The notes beneath the pieces were generated by a model. The model was not told the origin of the DNA. It worked only from the letters and a program-made list of their open reading frames with translations, and did no database searches. A stretch of DNA of 62,922 bases, filler included, from Octopus bimaculoides (taxonomy: Eukaryota), in NCBI RefSeq assembly GCF_001194135.2. It is 5 parts of 5 records of this genome, joined end to end, with 100 filler letters (N's around TTAATTAATTAA, not from the genome) between each part and the next. Parts side by side here need not be neighbours in the genome. Positions count along the whole stretch, not along the records: positions 50,958 to 54,223 come from NC_068985.1; positions 54,324 to 59,189 come from NC_068994.1; positions 59,290 to 62,922 come from NW_026367878.1; 2 more parts are not named here. One strand, written 5' to 3'. A program made the translations under genes and the position numbers. Shown piece by piece: positions 53,114 to 62,922 of this stretch (positions within the stretch are counted from its first letter, which is position 1; every line of letters begins with the position of its first letter).

Positions 53114-54185
53114 AATATATATATATATATATATCAAATAAACAGATTAATATATATATATACACATGCATACATATATACCCACACACACACACACATA
53201 TATATGTATGTGTCTGAATGTGTGTGTGTGTATGTCTTTGTGTGTATGCATGTAAGTATGAATATGTATGTATATCTGAATATGTATATGCATACATACA
53301 GAGAAACTGAGAGAAATACATAAATTGCTAATAGACAGAGATATATATGAAAAGCATTGAGACCTCAGACCTCTACAAAATACATAAAGATGTCAGAATG
53401 TAGACACACTTTACTCATGAATGAATAGTTCATTTTATAGATTTCTTTTGCCTTATTTTAATTTATTTTCTTATACAAAGAGTTTTCTTGGTGATCTCTG
53501 TCTTTCCTTTTTGATGAGTGTTTTATAGCATTTTGTACTGTTGCTGCTGTTTTCATTGTTGTTGTTGTTGTTTATAGTTTTGTTGGTGTGTATAATAAGG
53601 GTTACTTTTGATTCCCTAAACAAAGCAAATATCTACAATATATTTCACACCTCTTATCATCTACTGCACAACACCATGGCTAAAGCCAGCCTCGTGTAAT
53701 ATTAGATGTGATATACAGCATAACAAATATTAGAAGGAGAAAAAGAAATTTGTTTTTCACAATTATATATCAGGATGTGAATTGGATATACATAATGTAA
53801 TCTAAATCTACCACATATATATGTGCGTGTGTATGTGTGTGTATGTGTGTGTATATGTGTGCATGTGTGCACGCCTGTGTGTGTATGTATGTGTGTGTAT
53901 GTGGGTATGTACATGAAAATTTGGTTGATGACATTATCTAGACTGCATGAAGTTGACATAGTTATGCCAGAATGAATGTATTTATAAGTGTTCATGTGTG
54001 TATGTATTTATACACACACACACACGAACACACACACACACACACATATATATGTATATATATGCACATATATATATATGTAAAAAAATATATTTATATA
54101 TATAAAGTGTGTAGATGTATATATGTATATATACGTGTGAATATATATATATGCATATATATATATAGATGTATATATGTATATA

Positions 54186-54223
<38 letters not shown>

Positions 54224-54323
54224 NNNNNNNNNNNNNNNNNNNNNNNNNNNNNNNNNNNNNNNNNNNNTTAATTAATTAANNNNNNNNNNNNNNNNNNNNN
54301 NNNNNNNNNNNNNNNNNNNNNNN

Positions 54324-54486
54324 TTTTTTTTCTCCGTGTTTTTCTCCTTGTCTCCGTATTCTTTCTGTTGAAGAGCGTAGCTCGAAACGTCAAAGACTTT
54401 CCGTATTCCCGAGCGTCATACTAATATATACTTTTGTTATTTACACCACCTGTCCTCGTCTGTTGTTATTTTTTGTATATTCTCCC

Positions 54487-54487
<1 letters not shown>
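54324..54487 (+). mobile_element. Second copy of the hammerhead-bearing non-coding repeat, ending in (TA)n
   Basis: Reverse complement of 27352-27470; the 3' end ..attctcccatatacatatata abuts (TA)n. Confidence 0.65.
54360..54396 (+). ncRNA. Minimal type I hammerhead ribozyme-like motif (GUC site, predicted cleavage after 54391)
   Basis: UCUUU-CUGUUGA-A-GAGC(GUA)GCUC-GAAA-CGUC-AAAGA. Confidence 0.68.
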
Positions 54488-54527
<40 letters not shown>

Positions 54528-55354
54528 CTTTCTTTTTTATTGTGTGGCATAAAGTGAAGCTTTAGTTCTGTTGTGGGACACACACACACATACGCACACA
54601 CAAATTTGTTGAGTTTGGGTTGTTCACTCAGAATAGTAAATGAAACCATTGCTACTTTAAATTATAATCACACAGTCAATTCCATTCAGCAAGGACCTTA
54701 ACACACCATTAATAATACGTGTATCGCTTACACGGTCATTAAGCCTTCATGTTGGGTGCAAGCGGGGATTGAATAGTTTTGACATTTATATTGTTCCAAA
54801 GAGTATTAACAATGTAAAGGAGGCAGTTCCAGCTGGGAATCAAAAACGGTACCATGGGCTTGGTTCCTTGCTTTATCAACTTACACGTCATGTCATTTGC
54901 TCCCACTGTAATAATAATGATAATAATAATAATAATAATGATAACCATAATCCTAATACTGAATAATATAATATAATTGTTGTTGTTGGTGTGATTAAGA
55001 TGGTGTGACCATTAAGTTGACAGAAATAACGGAGCACTTGATTAAATGCATTAAAGTATCCAATTTCATCCTTTAATCTATATATTTCAGTTTCAAATCC
55101 TGTTGGGGTAGGCTTAGCACTTTTATTTTTTTATTTATTTATTTATTATTTTTATTACTTTATCATCTCTTCAGAGCCAAGAAAATAAGTACCAGTAATA
55201 TGCTGAAGTTAAATCGATCAACTGTATTTGGATTTTTAGCCATATTGGTTTTACACTTCGTCAGAATTACCATTCTTATTGTAAAAAAATTAAGAAATTA
55301 TGATTATTGTTATTACATGTTATTACATGCTTCTTTACTTAGCAAGGATGTGTC

Positions 55355-55740
55355 TTGAGATTTTGCAGTAACAAGTTTCCTCAAATTTTGAAAATCTTTC
55401 TTAGGGTCCTTGCAGAATAGAGAATGACACTTTTCTTCACGTTGACAATGCAAGTCCTAATCCAAATATTCTGTCCTAATCCAAATATGTAGGTGTTGTA
55501 CCAGGTGCACCAACAGCCACTGGAACAATTATTACTTCTGTCTTCCATATTCTCCCTGGTTTGGTCCTGATGTCTCTCAGTTTTCTGTTTCTTTGGTATC
55601 CACTCTGTTACAATATGGTATTGCAAAGTCTATGATCTTACACTTTTTCCTTTCATTTTTGCCCTCCACAATCACATCTGATCTCATTACTTTAATTCTA
55701 TGGTCAGTCTTTGTGGAGAAAGCCCATATCCTGTAATTAT
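55355..55740 (-). mobile_element. R4/Dong-type 3' portion (subfamily 3), degraded
   Basis: TDHRIKVMRSDVIV (PD-region-like), IIDFAIP-like and SARTLRKIFKI* segments. Flanked by TTA runs. Confidence 0.7.
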
Positions 55741-55775
55741 TATCCACCATTACAGCCTCATTATTGTTATTATTA

Positions 55776-55806
<31 letters not shown>

Positions 55807-55911
55807 CATCATCATCATCATTATTATTATTATAGAAACCAAGCTCAGGTTTAATCTTATTCCTGGTAGGATTTTTGTGGGTAGCAAGTTACTGCCTGTA
55901 ACCTATGTTTG

Positions 55912-56192
55912 ACTTTTGCTTTGTATTTGTACAAGTTGACTCCAAGTCTCACCCAGAGACCTCAAGAGACAACTAACTAGAAGTTCATGTTGGTGTTATG
56001 CCCAGGGTGCCATATATTTGGTTTTGTACATAGTGTTGTTCTAGAGAATGTTTAAGAAAACATAAGAAAATTATGAGTTTTGCTTTAAAATGTGAGATTA
56101 CACAGACAGTATTTTACATAGGATATGGGCAGTTCCCATGAGCACTATCTTTTGAATTTCTGCCATTTTGGGGTTTCCTGGTATCTTAGCTA
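55912..56192 (-). mobile_element. R4/Dong-type 3' end with UTR (subfamily 2)
   Basis: Matches 9024-9290 (gttgactccaagtctca.ccagagacctcaagagacaa; aggatatgggcagttcccatg). Confidence 0.82.
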
Positions 56193-56194
56193 GG

Positions 56195-56288
56195 TAGGAG
56201 CCCCAGTTGTGTACTGGGGTCAATCTATTCAACTTCCCCCTGCCCCTGTTCCCGAATTTCAGGCTTTGTGCCTATAGTAGAAAGGATT
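56195..56288 (+). mobile_element. SINE family B tail with CpGs decayed, ending in (TTA)n
   Basis: ccagttgtgtactggggtcaatctattcaac versus ccagttgcgtactgaggtcgatctaatcgac at ~3622. Confidence 0.8.
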
Positions 56289-56969
56289 ATTATTATTATT
56301 ATTATTAGAATGGTTAGAGTTGAGTGTGATTCTTTCAAATCTAGGACATATTTCACTCTTCTACTCTCAATGAAATAATCACCTGTGAGAACTTGTAAGA
56401 TGCCTGGGGTTAAAATAGGTCACCGCTGAACAAACTACACTGGTGGCAATGGTGGTGGTGATGGTTTCTTTTTTAGTACGGTCATGCTGTTTTTCTGTTT
56501 GTTTGTTTTTATTGTTTTTTGTTTTTTAAGGGAGGAGCTTATAATTTGACTGAGATCTGTTCTCATACACTATTGATACTTATTTTATTGATTGCATTTG
56601 GCTAAGAGACAAAGTGCACCCCAGCAAGCAAGATTTCTAATTCAAAGCAGTGAGGTACTGAACTAGATCAACCATAGAGCAATAAAGCATCTCGTCCAGC
56701 TGTCTCCCCTTTGTGTGTTCAATTATTGTGGCTGATACTCTGGGGAAAGAGCACTGTAACTGCTGCTTTTTTCCCATCCTCCTAATTCAAATGCTTTGTG
56801 CTTACATAACAATACATACATACATATGTATATACATACATATATATATACACACACACACACACACACTCACATATATTTTTTAAATAATAGTTTCTTT
56901 TGACTGAGCACAATTACCAGTTTTTGCGAGTGAAAGGAGTGTTGTTGATGATGGAACTGTTGACACCCC

Positions 56970-57001
<32 letters not shown>

Positions 57002-57215
57002 CAATAACAACAACAATTGCAACAACGAACAACCAACACCCATCCATCCACTCCCCGAGGGATAAAATGCAAATCGCCTTCTCTCACCCCACTCCCCACC
57101 CTCTGCCGCCTTCCTCTGGGATTTGAACAGAAAGGCGAGATATCAAACTAAATGCGACTAAACTATGAAACATCTCGTCACTTACCCATCTGTGCCAACT
57201 TATCAGCTCCAATGT

Positions 57216-57273
<58 letters not shown>

Positions 57274-57740
57274 TTATAATGATAGTAATAACAATAGTAA
57301 TAAGTAACAATTATATTGGTGTTAATGATGATGATGATAATTTATTTAGTTACCACAGAGAGCACCAAAAAAGCAAAATGACATTAGAAAACAAATACAT
57401 CATTAGTATATTATATGCGACAAGCTATTGTATGAATGGTGTTAATAAATTTGATTCCGAAAAGCAAGAAAACGAAATAGGTGTTGTAAATGTTTAAGAA
57501 AGATTCGGTTAACTGAGTTTCCTTCAACCCAAACAACCATCCTTTCACTCACATTATGCTTGGATCTGCTTATTTACCCATATGATGTTTTGCCATTTTC
57601 ACCAAGCATTCATAAAATATAACCTAAGGCCAAGAAGACTTCTCTCACTGCCCACAGCTTGTTACGTAAGTGATACTTGAAATGATAATGAGGGATTCAT
57701 TGGCAAGGAAAAGTTAGGGCTTCAAGCTTCATGTTCATAC

Positions 57741-57866
57741 CTCATTCACATCAGCAGCCTCCATGCAAAGAAAAGCTGTCTTATTGTCATTGTCAATAGA
57801 AAACATTAGATCCTCTATGGGTTTATTCAACAGCCTGATCCAAACCCATATGCTGTTGACTGTTGG
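57741..57866 (-). CDS. Candidate internal coding exon (126 nt, phase 0-0), unknown protein
   Basis: Acceptor tcttcctccttgtatttttctattag|, donor GAG|gtatga. The only open frame is PTVNSIWVWIRLLNKPIEDLMFSIDNDNKTAFLCMEAADVNE. Confidence 0.4.
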
Positions 57867-58609
57867 CTAATAGAAAAATACAAGGAGGAAGATTGCCCCT
57901 GAGGCATACTTTCACAGCTTCTCTTGAAATGGCAGCTTGTTCTGGAGCACTGCCATGCCTAAGACGTTTTCAAAGTTTCCATATTCTCCAATGTATTCCA
58001 GTTCAGGTTGTGAATATCTCACTCAATACTTAGTGCATTCTTCAAACATCTCTTTTATAGTCTGCTGTCTATAAGCTCGCTATTAGCCCTCTATAGAATG
58101 TGCTTTATAGAATATCAAGATGTTTTACTGAACATCTTGTTCAACCAAGAATAAAATAGTGAGCGCCTCTAAATATTTGTTGTTGACCCACAATCAACTC
58201 AAGGGTAGGGCACCTTTAGCATAATCAAATGTAGAAAAGCAAGCACCTTTCAGTACACACACACACACTCTCTCTCTCTTTTGTGATGTATTTTGTAGAA
58301 ACTAGCAGACTAGAATTTTTTCAAAGAAAAAATACTTTATGTTATTTGTTCCACCTAAGTTTCATAGGTGCTCCCTTGTGGCTTTCACCATCATAAATTC
58401 AATGGTCCAGTGATCGGCCTGATATTCACAGAATGCATTATATATTTGATAGAAAGTAAATAAATGTCATGCAATAGAGATCTTCACATATTTATGTGTA
58501 CAAAGAGTCACTCACATGAACACTAACATATTCACATGATCACATGACATGTTGGATATTTATGCATTCATTTGTGTATGTGTGTGAGAGACAGCATCAT
58601 TCATTATTA

Positions 58610-58800
58610 TCTTTTATCGTTTGCTTGTTTCGGTCATTAGACTCTGACCATGCTGTGGCACCACCTTAAATGGTTCTGTCGAACAAATCAACCCCAGTGT
58701 TCACTTTTTATGTCTGTTAGTTATTCTATCAGTCTCTTTTGCTGAACTGCTAAGCTACGGGGGACATAAGCAAACCAACACTGGTTGTCAAGTAGAGCAG
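58610..58800 (-). mobile_element. SINE family A tail with CpGs decayed
   Basis: gcaccacctt in place of gcaccgcct; gctgaactgctaagctac in place of gccgaaccgctaagttac. Confidence 0.8.
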
Positions 58801-59135
58801 CAGAACAAACACACACGCAAACGTGTGTGTGTGCATGTGTGTCTATAGTACAAATGTCTAGTTTTCATAAGTCCTGAATTAAAATCTTCCACCAAACTTT
58901 AGTCACAATTTATGTTCCTAACACTAGCTGAATGATAACCAAGTTATTTTACTAAATTCTTTGTAGTATTTAAAATTAACTGAAAGAAACACAAAGCGTC
59001 TCAAAATAAATACGGTAACGATAGGGTTAATTTATTATGTACGCTACTAGAAATAACAGACAAAATCTGGGCTTACGAGTACAGTTGTAGAAGTTAATGA
59101 CCACACCAAGTTTCTTACAGTGTTTGATAACCTGA

Positions 59136-59189
<54 letters not shown>

Positions 59190-59289
59190 NNNNNNNNNNN
59201 NNNNNNNNNNNNNNNNNNNNNNNNNNNNNNNNNTTAATTAATTAANNNNNNNNNNNNNNNNNNNNNNNNNNNNNNNNNNNNNNNNNNNN

Positions 59290-62200
59290 ACGTACCTACG
59301 TACCTACGTAACTACGTACTTACCTACGTACGTACGTATCTACATAACTATGTACGTACATACGTACCTTAGTACGTACCAACGTACGTACATACGTGCG
59401 TACTTACCTAGGTCCGTAAATATGAAGGCACTTACCTAGGTACGTACGTACATACATACCTACGTACGAAAGAACGTACATAGGTACGTACATACCTACG
59501 TACGTATGTATATACCTACGTACGTACGTACATACCTACGTACGTACGTACATACCTACAGACGTACGTACATACCTACGTACGTGCGTACATACGTACG
59601 TACATACGTACGTACATACGTNNNNNNNNNNTAGATACGTATGTAGTTCGTGCATACATACGTACATATGTATGTACATACCTACGCAAGTACGTAAGTA
59701 GATACATACGCACGTACATAGGTAGTACATACATACGTACATACATACGTACATACGTACCTACATACGTACGTACGTACGCACATACATAATTACGATC
59801 GTATGTACATACAAAACTACATACGTACGTACAGCCGTACATACATACGTACGTAAGTATGTCCTACGTACGTAGGTCAGTATATATATACCTCCGTACG
59901 TACATACATACCTACGTACGTACGTACTTACATACAAACTACGTACGTACGTACTTACGTACAAACTACGTACGTACGTACGTACATACATTGGTAAGTA
60001 AGTACGTACGTATATATGCAGGTACGTAGGTACGTATGTAAATACATACGTACATACGGACGTACGCACATGCCTACGTACGTACGCACATACCTACGTA
60101 CGTACGTACATGCATAACTACGTACGTATGTCCGTACATAAAAAATACGTACGGAGGTACGACCGTACATACATACTTACGTACGTATGTAGACACATAT
60201 CTACGTATGTACGTAGAGACATAGCTACGTACTTACGTAAATACTTACGTACATACATACGTTATATACGTACATAAATACATACGTATGTACGTCGTAC
60301 GTATGTAAGTACATACATACGTGCGTACGTACATAGCTACGTACGTACGTTGCTACGTACGTACGTACGTATTTACATACACACGTATGTACGTAAATAT
60401 TTATGTATGAACGAACGTACATACCTACTTAGTACCTACGTATATACATAGCTACGTACGTACATACGTGCATTCTTAAGTAGGTAGGTAGGTACGTCCG
60501 TACATATATACGTTCGTACGTACCTACGTACATACATACCAACGTACGTACGTACGTATGTATATACGTCCGTAAGTACGTACCTGCGTACGTACATCCG
60601 TACGTACCTACGTTCGTATCTACGTACGTACGAAGGTAAATACATACGTACGTACGTACATACATACCTACGTACGCACAAAGCTACGTACGTAAGTACG
60701 TGCATACATACGTACGTACGTACTTACATACCTAAGTAGGTACGTACGTATGTAGTACATTCATACGTACGTACGTACATACATAACTACGTACGTACTT
60801 ACGTACATACATGCATACGTAAGTACGTACATACATAACTACGTACGTACGTATGTACATACATACCTACGTACGTACGTACACACATACCTACGTACGT
60901 ACATACATACCTACGTACGTACGTACGTACATACCAACGTACATACGTACGNNNNNNNNNNATACATACCTACGTACGTACGTACGTACATACCAACGTA
61001 CATACGTACGTACATAACTACGTACGTACGTACATACCTACGCACATACTTACGTACAAACCTATGAACGTACGTAAGTCCATACATACGAACGTACGTC
61101 CACACATACGTACGTACGTCCATACACACGTACCTACATATATAACTACGTAGGTACATACGTATGTACGTACATTCCTACGTACGTACTTACATAAATG
61201 CATACATACATACGTACGTACATAGATACCACCGTACGTATGTACATACCTATGTATGTACGAACGAACGCACATACATACCTATGTACGTACATACATA
61301 TCTAGGCACGTAACTACGTACGTACAAGCCTACGTACGTACGTGCATACATACGTAAGTACGTACTTACATATATACGTAGGTACGTACGTATGTACATA
61401 TATTCATGCCTACGTACGTATGTACACACATAACTACGTACGTAAGTACGTACATACATGCTTACGTAAGTACGTACATACATACCTACGTACGTACGTA
61501 TATACATACATACCTACGTACGTANNNNNNNNNNNNNNNNNNNNNNNNNNNNNNNNNNNNNNNNNNNNNNNNNNNNNNNNNNNNNNNNNNNNNNNNNNNN
61601 NNNNNNNNNNNNNNNNNNNNNNNNNNNNNNNNACCTACGTAGTACATACATACCTACGTACGTACATATCTACTTACCTAAGTACATACCTACGCACGTA
61701 CGTACGTAAAAAACCACGAACGTACGTACGTGCATACATAGGTACGTACATGCATACCTACAGAGGTACGTAGTTATGTATGTACGTACGTATGTATGTA
61801 CGTATGTATGTACGCATGTACGTACGTATTTACGTTGCTTCATACGTACGTACGTACATACATAACTACGTACATACGTACGTACATCAATGTATACGTA
61901 CGTACGTACATAGATACCTACGTATGTACATACAGACCTACTTTTTTACGTACATACATACGAACGTACGTAGTACATNNNNNNNNNNCACAAGAGTACA
62001 TACATACCTACGTACGTACGTACATACACACCTACGTACGTACGTACGTGCATACCTACGAACGTACGTAGATACAAATCTACGTACGTACAAACCTACG
62101 TACTTACAAACCTACGTACGTGCCTACGTACGAACTTGCCAACATACGTACGTGCGTACATACATACCTACGTAGGTATGCAGGTATGTACGGACATTCA

Positions 62201-62922
62201 TACATACGTACAGACGTACGTACATACACAACTACGTACGTACCTATGTACATACATGCCTACGTATGTACGAAATACGCACATACATACCTACTTTTTA
62301 CCTACAAACATACGAACGTAAATACATACATAAAAACGTACGTACTTACGTAGTACATATATTTCTACGTACGTACGTACTTACATACATACCTACATAC
62401 GTACGTACATATATACGTACGTACGTACGTTCATTCGTACCTGCATACAAATCTACATACATGAGTACGTACGTAAATACATGCGTACGTACGTAAATAC
62501 ATGCGTACGTACGTNNNNNNNNNNCGTACGTACGTAAATACATGCGTACGTACGTAAATACATGCGTACGTACGCACATACCTAAGTATATATGTACATA
62601 GGTATGTACATAACTACGTACATACCTACGTAGATAACGACGTACGTACATATTTACCAACAAACATACCTACGTACATACGTACATACCTATGGACATA
62701 CGTACACACCTACGTACGTAGGTACGTACATTCAGCACAAGTACATACACAAGTACATACATAAGTACGTACGTAGATATATACCTACTGTACGTACATA
62801 CATAATACCTACGTACGTACGTACATACATACCTACGTACGTACGTACGTACATAACTACGTACGTAAGTACAAACATACGTACCTACGTACCAACGTAC
62901 GTACATACGCACGTACTTACAT
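59290..62922. repeat. Long heterogeneous (TACG)/(TACA)/(TACC) tetranucleotide satellite, open at the window end
   Basis: Continuous for >3.6 kb with small internal gaps; dominated by tacgtacg and tacatacc. Confidence 0.95.

Noticed and set aside
56345-56394. Plus-strand micro-exon (tag|GAC..CTT|gtaaga, DIFHSSTLNEIITCEN)
   Set aside because: Only 50 nt, such signals arise often by chance, and it conflicts with the better minus-strand exon at 57741-57866.
59290-62922. CRISPR array or telomeric repeat
   Set aside because: No constant repeat with unique spacers and no TTAGGG-type units; it is a tetranucleotide satellite in a eukaryotic context.

Overview
AT-rich, repeat-saturated, gappy animal genomic DNA. 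The two tRNA-derived SINE families look like octopus (cephalopod) families, recognised from memory and not by search. I found no intact, recognisable host gene, rRNA, tRNA or CRISPR array, and almost every ORF in the supplied track is a microsatellite artefact. The window holds: (i) many SINE copies; (ii) six fragments of R4/Dong-type non-LTR retrotransposons, all abutting (TAA)n or derived triplet arrays; (iii) two clear Penelope-like element (PLE) remnants, plus two copies of a short non-coding repeat carrying a minimal hammerhead-ribozyme fold (27398-27434 minus, 54360-54396 plus); (iv) mariner and maT/DD37D-like transposase remnants, Helitron-like ends and two long-inverted-repeat foldback/MITE elements; (v) a CpG-depleted block (~51.2-59.2 kb) with candidate exons of an unidentified gene; (vi) a >3.6 kb self-complementary (TACG/TACA)n satellite at the right end. 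Four N44-TTAATTAATTAA-N44 spacers are artificial scaffold joints, so adjacency across them is not supported by sequence. Repeat boundaries are estimated by eye.
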